Origin: an uncultured delta proteobacterium | GTDB lineage: Bacteria > Myxococcota_A > UBA9160 > SMWR01 | Length of the DNA: 64,000 nucleotides | Direction: 5' to 3' | Assembly (NCBI GenBank): GCA_963832165.1 | Contig: CAWHTE010000003.1 | Location: 256,001-320,000 of the forward strand | Position numbers and translations under genes: made by a program | Notes under the pieces: model-generated | Told to the model about the DNA's origin: nothing | What the model saw: the letters and a program-made list of their open reading frames with translations, nothing else | The model's database searches: none | In this document: one piece after another, positions 34,097 through 43,002 of the stretch | How positions within the stretch are numbered: position 1 is the stretch's first letter | Layout: each line of letters opens with the position of its first letter

Positions 34097-35791
34097 ATGA
34101 GTCTCGTCGGCAGCCTCGAGGACCTGGGCCTCGCGGACATTCTCCAGATCGTGAGTTTGTCGCGGAAGTCCGGGATGCTGATGCTCCGCTCGGAGAGCGG
34201 TGACGGCCGGATCATGCTCCGCGACGGGCTGGTCCAGGGTGCCGCGATCAAGGGCGAGGCCGAAGACCTGCGCGCAGTGCTCCTGTCCCAGGGATGTGTC
34301 GAGGCGGGAGCGTTCGATCGCGCGCGCAGTCTCGCGGGCGCCGAATCGCTCGCGCTCGACGAGGCGCTGCAGCGCGAGTGCGGACTGACGCCCGATCGCC
34401 TCGCGTCGCTGCGCCGCGCGCACGTGGAGCGCTCGGTGATCCGGATGTTCGGCTGGCGCAGTGGCGAGTTCAGCTTCGAGATCCGCGACGAGCTCACCGC
34501 GGACGATCGCGAACTGCTGCTGCCGACAGGACTCTCCACCCAGTACCTCGCGATCGAAGCCACGCGGCAGGGAGACGAGCTCGCGCAGGCGGGTGGCGCG
34601 TCGCGCATCGATCCGTTCGCCGATAGCGACGCCGACATCGAGGAGCCCGTGTTCAGCGGTGAGGAGAGTGCGGTCGACACGCTCGCGCTCGGCACCGCAC
34701 ACCGCGCCGACGCCGACCCCGAGTTCGCGCCCGACGAGGCGCCCGCGGCCGCCGAGGTGGTGATCGCGGGCCCCGAGGCGGGGCCGACCGAGATCGCTGT
34801 GTCCGTGCTTCCCGCTGCGGAGCCGCGCGCAGCGGCGGCGGGCCACCTCGTGGCGATCGACTCCGACCTCTCGAGTCTCGAATGGCTCAAGGACTCGCTC
34901 GACGGACTCTGCAAGCGCGTGCACATCTTCCAGCACCGCGATGCGGCGTTCGATCGCGTTCGCCAGTACTTGATGCGCGGAGTCGTTCCGACCGTCGTCG
35001 TCAGCGACGCGAGCCGCGAGCCGCGCAGCACGGAGCTGTCGAGCTTCGTGCGGCGGCTGCGCGCAATCGCACCCGCGATTCCGATCCTGGCGCTGAGACC
35101 CGAGCACGCGGGCGAACGCGTGCCCGAGGGCGCCGACGGCGTGGTCTTCCGTCCCAACTCGCCCACGGCCGATCGCCGGCGCTGGCATCTCTATCACGCG
35201 CTCGCGACGCGGCTGCGCGCGGAGCTCGAGCCGTGGGTGCGCGGCGAGCACGACGCCAGCGCGCGGCGCCGCGCCCAGGGCGCGCTCGCGCGGCTCAAGC
35301 GCGCGAGCGAGCGGCTGCGCGATCCGTCGACGCAGGGCGAGGTCCTCTCGCTCGTGCTCGACTTCGCGGCCGAGTCGTTCGCGCGCGTGGCGATGTTCAT
35401 GGTGCGCGACGAGGTGGCGGTCGGAATGGCGCAGCGCGGTCTGCCTCCCACGGGGGGCCCCGACGACGAGCGCATGCGCGCGATCGAGCTGGCTCCCGAT
35501 GCGATGCCCGAGCTGTTCGAGGCAGTGCTCGAGCGGCGCGCGGCGCATCGCGCAGCGATCAGGGGCCCGCGCGACAGGGCACTCGCGACGCTGCTCGGCG
35601 CGGCGGCCCCGGGGGAGGCCTACGTGGCCCCGATCGAGAGCGGCGGGCGGGTGGTCGCGCTGATCTACGCCGACAACCTGCCGGACGAGAAGCCGCTGGG
35701 GGACCCCACGGCGTTCGAGATCGTGCTGCACGAGGCGGGTCTCGTGCTCGACCGCGCGGTGCTCGAGCGCGCTCTCGCAGAGCGAAGTTAA
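34097..35791 (+). CDS. DUF4388 (PATAN-like) signalling protein with C-terminal GAF-like domain
   Basis: MSLVGSLEDLGLADILQIVSLSRKSGML, MFGWRSGEFSF; C-terminal YVAPIESGGRVVALIYADN. Confidence 0.8.
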   Translation: MSLVGSLEDLGLADILQIVSLSRKSGMLMLRSESGDGRIMLRDGLVQGAAIKGEAEDLRAVLLSQGCVEAGAFDRARSLAGAESLALDEALQRECGLTPDRLASLRRAHVERSVIRMFGWRSGEFSFEIRDELTADDRELLLPTGLSTQYLAIEATRQGDELAQAGGASRIDPFADSDADIEEPVFSGEESAVDTLALGTAHRADADPEFAPDEAPAAAEVVIAGPEAGPTEIAVSVLPAAEPRAAAAGHLVAIDSDLSSLEWLKDSLDGLCKRVHIFQHRDAAFDRVRQYLMRGVVPTVVVSDASREPRSTELSSFVRRLRAIAPAIPILALRPEHAGERVPEGADGVVFRPNSPTADRRRWHLYHALATRLRAELEPWVRGEHDASARRRAQGALARLKRASERLRDPSTQGEVLSLVLDFAAESFARVAMFMVRDEVAVGMAQRGLPPTGGPDDERMRAIELAPDAMPELFEAVLERRAAHRAAIRGPRDRALATLLGAAAPGEAYVAPIESGGRVVALIYADNLPDEKPLGDPTAFEIVLHEAGLVLDRAVLERALAERS

Positions 35792-35894
35792 GAAGTCTCC
35801 ACATACCCGCACCCCGGCCGTAGCAAGTGCGCGGAAGTCCGCCCGCCACCTCAAGAAGTCGGTTGGCGGCGCCGATAATTCCCGTGGGCCCGCT

Positions 35895-35911
35895 GCAAGC
35901 TTCGCGCAGCG
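35895..35911 (+). repeat. Truncated copy of the dispersed repeat
   Basis: GCAAGCTTCGCGCAGCG, 17/17 identical to 24697-24713, upstream of cheY. Confidence 0.6.
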
Positions 35912-35944
35912 TGCTCTAGGCCATTCGATCGCGGGGGAGGCGCC

Positions 35945-36322
35945 GTGCCGCGGATCCTGATCGTGGAAGATTCACCGACCATGCGGTCGCTGCTCACCTC
36001 CTCGCTGGAGGAGCTCGAGGGCGTCGTGAAGATCACGGAGGTCGCGAGCGGATTCGAAGCGCTGCGCCACCTGCCGCGCGAGCAGTTCGACCTGATCGTC
36101 ACCGACATCAACATGCCGGACATCAACGGTCTCGAGCTGGTGTCGTTCGTGAAGAACAACGCCGCCTATCGCGACATACCGCTCGTGATCGTGTCGACCG
36201 AGGGGTCCGAGCGCGACCGCGACAAGGGCCTCGGCCTCGGCGCCGACGCGTATCTCGTGAAGCCCTTCGCGCCGGAGGTGCTGCGCGACCTGGCGCAGCG
36301 GCTGCTGGACGGCGCGGAGTAG
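35945..36322 (+). CDS. cheY: Single-domain response regulator
   Basis: ILIVEDSPTMR, IVTDINMPDING, VST, YLVKPF. Confidence 0.9.
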   Translation: MPRILIVEDSPTMRSLLTSSLEELEGVVKITEVASGFEALRHLPREQFDLIVTDINMPDINGLELVSFVKNNAAYRDIPLVIVSTEGSERDRDKGLGLGADAYLVKPFAPEVLRDLAQRLLDGAE

Positions 36323-36331
36323 GTCGGCGCC

Positions 36332-38392
36332 GTGGCGAAGAAGGGCGGCATGCGCGGCAGCAACAAGGCGGACCGCGAGTTCGTTTCCGAGGCCGAAGAG
36401 ATCCTCGAGACGATGCGCGCGCGGCTCGCGGATCTCTCGGACCGCCTCGGCGCAGGCGCCGAGGCGGATCCGGACCTCGTCAACGCGCTATTCCGCGCGG
36501 CGCACTCGCTCAAGGCGCTGGCCGGAATGTTTCGCTTCGATCCGATCGAAGCCCTTGCGCACCGGCTCGAGGACGCGCTCGACGGACTCCGGCTCGGGCG
36601 CGTTGCGCTCTCGGCACCGCTGCTCGCGTGGATCGACGACGTGGTCGCTCTGTTCGCGGCGCTGCTCGAGCAGGTCGGCGACAGCGCGGCACTCGCCCAA
36701 TCCGCCGCGCGGATCGAGGCGCTCACCGCGGGCGTCGGCGCGCCGGCGGCGCAGAGCGCGCCGGAGGACGAGTTCGCAGCGCTCGATCTCGATCCGCGCG
36801 TGCTGCGCGCGCTCACCGAGTACGAGGAGCATCGGCTGCGCGAGAACCTGCGCCGGGGCCGCCACATCGCGCTCGTCGACGCACCGTTCGAGATCAAGAC
36901 CTTCGAGGAGGGACTCGCGGAGCTCTCGGGCGCACTGCGCGAGATCGGCGAGGTGCTCTCCACGCTGCCGTCTCCGGGCGACTCGCTCGAATCGCAGATC
37001 CGCTTCTCGCTGCTCGTGGCGACCGATCTCTCCGCGGCGGAGCTGGCCACGCGCGCGGAGTTTCCCGGCGCCACGGTGCGCACGGTGCACGCGGGACGCG
37101 CGGTGGCACCGGTCGCCGTCGCCGAGCCGGTCGCGCCCGCACCCGTGGAGCCGGAGACCGACGCTCCCGCGCCGATCCCGGAGCTCGAGTCGCTCAAGTC
37201 GATCAGCGACACGGTGCGCGTCGACATCCGCAAGCTCGACGATCTCATGAACCTGGTCGGCGAGCTCGTGATCCAGCGCGGGGCGATCGGCGACCTGGTC
37301 GCGCGTCTGGTGTCGCGCAGCGACACCGCGCGGATCGGCAGCGAGTTCGCCAAGGTGCACAAGAGCCTCGACCGCAAGCTCCGCGAGCTGCAGTCCGCGG
37401 TGCTCGAAGTGCGGATGGTCCCGCTGCGCCAGGTGTTCGAGAAGGTCTCGCGCGTCGTGCGGCGGCTGCGGCGCGAGCTCGGCAAGCAGGTGGAGCTCGA
37501 GATCCGCGGCGCCGACACCGAGCTCGACAAGCTGATCGTCGAGGCGCTGGTCGATCCGCTGATGCACGTGGTGCGCAACGCCCTCGATCACGCGATCGAA
37601 ACCGCTGACGAGCGCCGCGCGCTGGGCAAGGACGAGACCGGCTCGATCGCGATCGATGCGTTCCAGCGCGGTAGCCACGTGGTGATCCAGGTGCGCGACG
37701 ACGGGCGCGGGATCGACCGCGAGGCGGTGCGCCGCCGCGCCGAGCAGCTCGGGCGCGTCGAGCCGGGCGCAGTGCTCACGGAGAAGGAGACGCTCGATCT
37801 GGTCTTCGTGCCGGGCATCTCGACGCGCGATCAGGTCACCGAAACGAGCGGCCGCGGCGTCGGCATGGACATCGTGCGCTCGAACCTCGCATCGCTCGGC
37901 GGCGTCGTGGACATCGATTCGACGCCGGGCCGCGGCACCGCGATCGCGATGACGCTGCCGATCACGCTCGCGATCATCCAGTCGCTGATCGTCGGGGTGC
38001 GCGACCGCCGCTTCGCGATCCCGCTCAACTCGGTGCTCGAGACGCTCGTGATCGATCCGAACACGATCCAGCTCTCCGAAGGGCGGAGCCTCTTGAATCT
38101 GCGCGGCGAGCCGCTGCTGCTGCGCCGGCTCGACGACGAGTTCGGGCTCGCGGGCGGCGCGCGCGCAGCGCGCCCGTGCGTGATCGTGGTCGGGATCGGC
38201 GATCAGCGCGTGGGCCTCGTCGTCGACCGCCTCGAGGGCCAGCAGGACACCGTGATCAAGCCGATCCAGGGCCCCGTGCAGAATCTGCGCGGGATCGCGG
38301 GCGCCACCGACCTCGGCGATCAGGATCCCGTGCTCGTGCTCGATCTCTCGGCGCTCGTCGAGGACGCGTTGCGGCGCAGGGAGGCGGCGTGA
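36332..38392 (+). CDS. cheA: Chemotaxis histidine kinase
   Basis: HPt LFRAAHSLK, TVRVDIRKLDDLMNLVGEL, HVVRNALDHAIE, DDGRGID, SGRGVGMD, C-terminal CheW-like domain. Confidence 0.96.
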   Translation: MAKKGGMRGSNKADREFVSEAEEILETMRARLADLSDRLGAGAEADPDLVNALFRAAHSLKALAGMFRFDPIEALAHRLEDALDGLRLGRVALSAPLLAWIDDVVALFAALLEQVGDSAALAQSAARIEALTAGVGAPAAQSAPEDEFAALDLDPRVLRALTEYEEHRLRENLRRGRHIALVDAPFEIKTFEEGLAELSGALREIGEVLSTLPSPGDSLESQIRFSLLVATDLSAAELATRAEFPGATVRTVHAGRAVAPVAVAEPVAPAPVEPETDAPAPIPELESLKSISDTVRVDIRKLDDLMNLVGELVIQRGAIGDLVARLVSRSDTARIGSEFAKVHKSLDRKLRELQSAVLEVRMVPLRQVFEKVSRVVRRLRRELGKQVELEIRGADTELDKLIVEALVDPLMHVVRNALDHAIETADERRALGKDETGSIAIDAFQRGSHVVIQVRDDGRGIDREAVRRRAEQLGRVEPGAVLTEKETLDLVFVPGISTRDQVTETSGRGVGMDIVRSNLASLGGVVDIDSTPGRGTAIAMTLPITLAIIQSLIVGVRDRRFAIPLNSVLETLVIDPNTIQLSEGRSLLNLRGEPLLLRRLDDEFGLAGGARAARPCVIVVGIGDQRVGLVVDRLEGQQDTVIKPIQGPVQNLRGIAGATDLGDQDPVLVLDLSALVEDALRRREAA

Positions 38393-38904
38393 GCGGCCCG
38401 TCCGCGAGCTCCTCGGAGTCGTGGGACGCGCTCGCGCGCGCGGCTGCCGCGCACCGCGACGCGCCCGCACCGGCCGAAGTCCTGCGCCAGCTCCTGTGCG
38501 TGCGCGTCGACGGCGTCCCGTACGCGGTGCCGATCGAGAACGTGCGCGAGATCGTGCGGGTGCGGCCGATCACGCCGATCCCGCGCACGGTCAGCTCCGT
38601 GCGCGGCGTGATCTCGCTGCGCGGGGAGATCATCCAGGTGATCGATCTGCGGCTGCGGCTCGGCCTCGCGCCCGCAGCGTCGAGCAAGGCGACGCGCATC
38701 GTCGTCGTGCAGGCCGACGACGGCCGCGCCGCGGGTGTACTCGTGGACGAGGTTCGCGAGGTGCTGCGCGTGTCCGAGTCGGCGATCGGCTCACCGACAG
38801 CGGCCGACGCGCTGGGAGTCGTTGCGGCGCTGTGCACGAATGGCGCCGAGTTCGTGTCGGTCGTGGACCTGAACCGTCTGCTGGAGGTGTCGGGCCGTGC
38901 CTAA
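38389..38904 (+). CDS. cheW: CheW adaptor 1
   Basis: YAVPIENVREI, ITPIPR, GVISLRGEIIQVIDL, GVLVDEV. Confidence 0.92.
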   Translation: MSGPSASSSESWDALARAAAAHRDAPAPAEVLRQLLCVRVDGVPYAVPIENVREIVRVRPITPIPRTVSSVRGVISLRGEIIQVIDLRLRLGLAPAASSKATRIVVVQADDGRAAGVLVDEVREVLRVSESAIGSPTAADALGVVAALCTNGAEFVSVVDLNRLLEVSGRA

Positions 38905-39391
38905 CCTCTCGCTCGGCGCCGACAACCGCGTGATGCTGGCCGTGTTCCGCGTCGGAAGCGGAGTGTTCGCACTCGACGTGACCTGCCTGCGCGAGGTGGT
39001 GCGCTGGCAGACGTCCACGGTGCTGCCCAAGGCACCGCGCCTGATCGAAGGCGTGATCGACCTGCGCGGAGTGGTCGTGCCCGTGGTCGACCTCGGCCGC
39101 GTGCTCGGGATGAGCGCGGTCGTGTCGGCTCCGACCGCGCGGATCGCGATCGTCGAGTCGGACGGGCTCGTGATGGGACTCGCGGTCGATGCCGCGGTCG
39201 AAGTGGTGTCGGTAGAGGTGGCCGCGCTCGAAGATCCTCCCGCGCTGGCGACCCATGCGGGCTACGACGCCGCGCGCGCCGTGGTGCGGCGGCCGGGCAG
39301 CGCGCCGGTGCTCGTGCTCTCGCTCGAGCACATCCTCGAGTCGGTCTACCGATCGGCGCTCGCGCGCCAGCCAGTGGAGGATGCGGCGTGA
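38897..39391 (+). CDS. cheW: CheW adaptor 2
   Basis: FALDVTCLREVV, LPKAPRLIEGVIDLRGVVVPVVDL, GLAVDAA. Confidence 0.92.
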   Translation: MPNLSLGADNRVMLAVFRVGSGVFALDVTCLREVVRWQTSTVLPKAPRLIEGVIDLRGVVVPVVDLGRVLGMSAVVSAPTARIAIVESDGLVMGLAVDAAVEVVSVEVAALEDPPALATHAGYDAARAVVRRPGSAPVLVLSLEHILESVYRSALARQPVEDAA

Positions 39392-41934
39392 ATCGCGAGA
39401 ACCTGATCGACGGCAAGAGCTTCGTGATGCGCGCCGTGGGCCTGAACACGGCGCTGTCGATTCCTGCGCTCGTGATCGTTCTCGGCTGCGCGGCGGCGCT
39501 GCTCGACCTGCCCGGAGAGCTCTGGAAGGGGCTGTGGACCGGGATCGCGCTCTACACCGTGTTCGCCTCGCCCGTGAACTTCCTGCTCCAGCGCCGCACG
39601 ATGACGCCGATCGCCGAGTGGCTGGACGAGGAGACGCCCGAGGGTGAGCTCACGCAGCGCGCCTTCGCGGCGATGCTCGCGTTCCCGCAGCGCATGGCGT
39701 TCGGCGCCCTGCTGGGATGGATCGCGCCGACCGCGCTGATCTCGATCGGCATGGAGATCTCCTACGTCGATCAGTGGACCGCGTGGGATACCTGGGTGCT
39801 CTTGATCGGCGGCTTTGCTGCGGGGTTCAGCGTCGGCACGCTGACGGGATTCCTCCTGAAGGGCGGCGAGTTCGCGCGCGTGCGCGATGCGCTCGCGAGC
39901 GCGGTGGGCGGCCCCGAAGAACGCCGCCGACTCGCGCCGCGCATGCCGATCCGCGCGAAGCTGGTCGTGACGATCTCTGGCGCGTGCCTGGTGCCGGTGC
40001 TGTTCGCGGTGCTGATTGCGCTCGATCAGGGCGCGAGCGCGCTCGAGTCGATGGCGCTCGATTGGACCCAGCGCGTGCTCGCCGATCTGCCGGCCGATGC
40101 GAACGCCGAGCAAGTCGCAGAGCTGCAGCAGCGGCTCGCGTCGCTCGCACTGCCGGCACCCGTGACGATCGCCGCGCTCGGCGGTGCGGAAGGGGAGCTG
40201 CCGGGCGGGGTCGCGGAATCGGTCGCACGCGCGGCGGCTTCCGGGACCAGCGGCAACAGCAATGGATTCGGCACGCAGGCGGTGTTCTCGTGGCGAAAGC
40301 TCGGCGACGGCACGGTCTGGATTGCAGTCGTCTCGGCGCAGGATCTCTACGCGCGCGGCGCTGCCTCTCCGGAGTTGATCGTCGGGCTCGTCGCGCTGTC
40401 GGTCGTGTTCGCGTTGATGCTCGCGTGGTTCATGGCCCGCGATGTGTCGACACCGGTCGCGATCCTGCAGGCCGCGGCGGACCGGCTCGCCTCGGGCGAT
40501 CTGCGCCAGGCCGCGAGCTACGAGTCGGAGGACGAACTCGGTGATCTGGCGCGCTCGTTCGACGGCATGGTCGAGTCGCTGCGCGCGACGATCGCGCGCG
40601 TCGCGGCGTCGGCGAACGGCCTCGAGGCGCGCGCGGGCGCCCTCGGGCCCGTGTGCGAGACGCTCTCTGCCGCGACCGTCGAGCAGGACCAGGGTACGCG
40701 GCGCGCTGCTGAGAGCATGGAGCAGATCAACGCGCAGGTGTCCGGCATCGCGCAGTCGAGCGCGGCGCTCAACGAGAGCATCGAGGAGTCGAGCAGCTCG
40801 ATTCTCGAGCTCGGCGCATCCGGCGAGGAGCTGAACGAGACCGCGAGCCTGCTCTCTTCGAAGGTGGACGAGGTCTCGAACTCGATCGAGCAGATGGTGC
40901 GCTCGGTGAAGCAGGTGTCCGAGAACACCGAGGCGCTCGCAAGCGCGGCCGAGGAGACCTCGGCGTCGATGGAAGAGATGGCGACCTCGCTGCGCGAGGT
41001 GGACACCTCGGCCGCGGAAGCGGTACGCCTCTCTCAGCGCGTCGTCGAGCGCGCCGAGAGCGGACGCATCAAGGTGAGAGAGACGATCGCGGGCATGGAG
41101 GCGATCCGAGAGGCGACCGAGACCGCCGAGGAGGTGATCCGGAACCTCGGCGCGCGCGCGGTGGAGATCGGCGCGATCGTGAACGTGATCGACGACGTCG
41201 CGGACGAGACCAATCTGCTCGCGCTCAACGCCGCGATCATCGCCGCGCAGTCGGGCGACCACGGCCGCGCGTTCAGCGTGGTGGCCGAGGAGATCAAGGA
41301 TCTCGCCGAGCGCGTGCTCGCGAGCACCAAGGAGATCGGCGGACTGATCCGCTCGGTGCAGCACGAGGCGGGCAAGGCGACCGCCGCGATCGAGCGCGGC
41401 AGCGCATCCGTCGCGAGCGGTGTGGACTTGTCGGCCGAGGCGGGCATGGCGCTCGAGGAGATCACGGCTGCGTCGCAGGACAGCGGGTCGCGAATCTCTG
41501 GAATCGTCTCCTCGCTGCGCGAACAGGCGAAGGCGGCCGGCCACGTCGTGGATCTGATGGAGCGCGTGCGCGGTGGGGTCGACGTGATTCGCCAGGCCTC
41601 CGCCGAGCAGAATCGCGGCAACGTGGTGGTGTTCCAGGGCGCCGTGACCATGCGTGAAGTGGCGCTGCAGGTGCGCGGCACTACCGAGGAGCAGGCGCGC
41701 GGTTCGGGGCGGATTCGCGAGAGTGTGGAAGAGGTGCGCGAGGCGGTGGAGCGGATCAATTCGGCGCTGCAGGAGCAGTCACAGGCCTGTTCGGCGGCCG
41801 CCGACTTCCTCGAAGAGGTACGCGGACGCGGCGCGACCAACGAGCAGGCGACCCACACGGTCGCCGAGGTCGCGCGGGAACTCCTGGCCCAGGCCGAGGA
41901 GCTGCGCGGAGAGGTGCGGCGGTTCCGGATGTAG
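39388..41934 (+). CDS. Methyl-accepting chemotaxis protein with polytopic N-terminus
   Basis: About 6 TM, HAMP (EDELGDLARSFDGM), hairpin tip IDDVADETNLLALNAAIIAAQSGDHGRAFSVVAEEI. Confidence 0.94.
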   Translation: MNRENLIDGKSFVMRAVGLNTALSIPALVIVLGCAAALLDLPGELWKGLWTGIALYTVFASPVNFLLQRRTMTPIAEWLDEETPEGELTQRAFAAMLAFPQRMAFGALLGWIAPTALISIGMEISYVDQWTAWDTWVLLIGGFAAGFSVGTLTGFLLKGGEFARVRDALASAVGGPEERRRLAPRMPIRAKLVVTISGACLVPVLFAVLIALDQGASALESMALDWTQRVLADLPADANAEQVAELQQRLASLALPAPVTIAALGGAEGELPGGVAESVARAAASGTSGNSNGFGTQAVFSWRKLGDGTVWIAVVSAQDLYARGAASPELIVGLVALSVVFALMLAWFMARDVSTPVAILQAAADRLASGDLRQAASYESEDELGDLARSFDGMVESLRATIARVAASANGLEARAGALGPVCETLSAATVEQDQGTRRAAESMEQINAQVSGIAQSSAALNESIEESSSSILELGASGEELNETASLLSSKVDEVSNSIEQMVRSVKQVSENTEALASAAEETSASMEEMATSLREVDTSAAEAVRLSQRVVERAESGRIKVRETIAGMEAIREATETAEEVIRNLGARAVEIGAIVNVIDDVADETNLLALNAAIIAAQSGDHGRAFSVVAEEIKDLAERVLASTKEIGGLIRSVQHEAGKATAAIERGSASVASGVDLSAEAGMALEEITAASQDSGSRISGIVSSLREQAKAAGHVVDLMERVRGGVDVIRQASAEQNRGNVVVFQGAVTMREVALQVRGTTEEQARGSGRIRESVEEVREAVERINSALQEQSQACSAAADFLEEVRGRGATNEQATHTVAEVARELLAQAEELRGEVRRFRM

Positions 41935-41961
41935 CTCCGGATCCGCCAGGAGGATCGATTC

Positions 41962-43002
41962 ATGATCGCTGGGTGTCCGAAATGCGCGGCGCGATACCGC
42001 ATCGACACCGCCAAGCTGCGGCCCGAGGGCGCGCGCCTGCGCTGCTCGCGCTGCGAGACCGTGTTCCGCGTGCAGCCGGACGCGGAAGAGGCGCCGGCGC
42101 CGATCGCGACGCGCGCGCCCGCTGTGGCGCCGCGTCCTGCACCCGCGTCCTCACCGATGCCGCGCACCGCGGCGTCCGCGCGCGCGCCGAGCGCGCCGCC
42201 CGCAGAGCCGACGGGCGATCCGACCCGGCGCGTGCTGATCGCCCATCCCGAGGAGGAGTCCGGCAAGGCGATCGCCGACGCGCTCGCGAGCTGGGGTCTC
42301 TCGCCGCTGCTCGTGTACGACGGCGTGGAGGCCATGCTGCAGATTCAGCGCACGTTGCCGCGCGTCGTGGTGCTCGATGCGGCGCTGCCGAAGATGTTCG
42401 GCTTCCAGGTCTGCGAGATCATGAAGCGCAACGAGCAGCTGCGCGCGATTCCGGTCGTGCTGGTCGGTGCAATCCACGATCAGGACCGCTACCGGCGTCC
42501 ACCCGAGGAGATCTACGGCGCCGACGCCTATCTCGAACGCCATCAGCTGCCCGACGCGCTCGCGGAGCTGCTGGTGCGCTTCGGCATCCAGTCGGCACCG
42601 GCCGCTCCAGCGCCGGTGGCGCCAGCGCCGACCGCTCCAGCACCGGTTCGCGCGCCTCGTCCGGTGCAGGCCATGCCCGAGCGTGCGCCGGCGGCCGTTG
42701 CTCCCGCTCCCGCGGCGCCGCGCGCCGCCGCGCCGCCCGCAGCGGCGCCGGCTCCCGCTGCGAACCCCGAGATCGAGAAGGCGCAGCGCCTCGCGCGCAT
42801 CATCGTCTCGGACGTGATCCTCTACAACCAGGAGAAGTTCGATGCCGCGGTCCGGGCGGGCAACGTGGTGAACGCGCTCTCCGCGGAGCTCGAAGAGGGC
42901 GTTTCGCTGTTCGCCTCGCGCGTCGATGCGCGACTGTGCGATCCGCGCGAATACCTGCAGCGCGAGCTCGTGCGCGTGGCGCGATCACGGGGAATGAAAT
43001 GA
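41962..43002 (+). CDS. Zinc-ribbon + atypical receiver + Pro/Ala linker + helical C-terminal domain protein
   Basis: CPKCAARYRI...LRCSRCETVF; VVLDAALPKMFG; C-terminal KAQRLARIIVSDVILYN. Confidence 0.85.
   Translation: MIAGCPKCAARYRIDTAKLRPEGARLRCSRCETVFRVQPDAEEAPAPIATRAPAVAPRPAPASSPMPRTAASARAPSAPPAEPTGDPTRRVLIAHPEEESGKAIADALASWGLSPLLVYDGVEAMLQIQRTLPRVVVLDAALPKMFGFQVCEIMKRNEQLRAIPVVLVGAIHDQDRYRRPPEEIYGADAYLERHQLPDALAELLVRFGIQSAPAAPAPVAPAPTAPAPVRAPRPVQAMPERAPAAVAPAPAAPRAAAPPAAAPAPAANPEIEKAQRLARIIVSDVILYNQEKFDAAVRAGNVVNALSAELEEGVSLFASRVDARLCDPREYLQRELVRVARSRGMK

Noticed and set aside
42590..42770. Low-complexity GC-rich repeats
   Set aside because: They encode the Pro/Ala linker of the zinc-ribbon receiver protein and are not a DNA element
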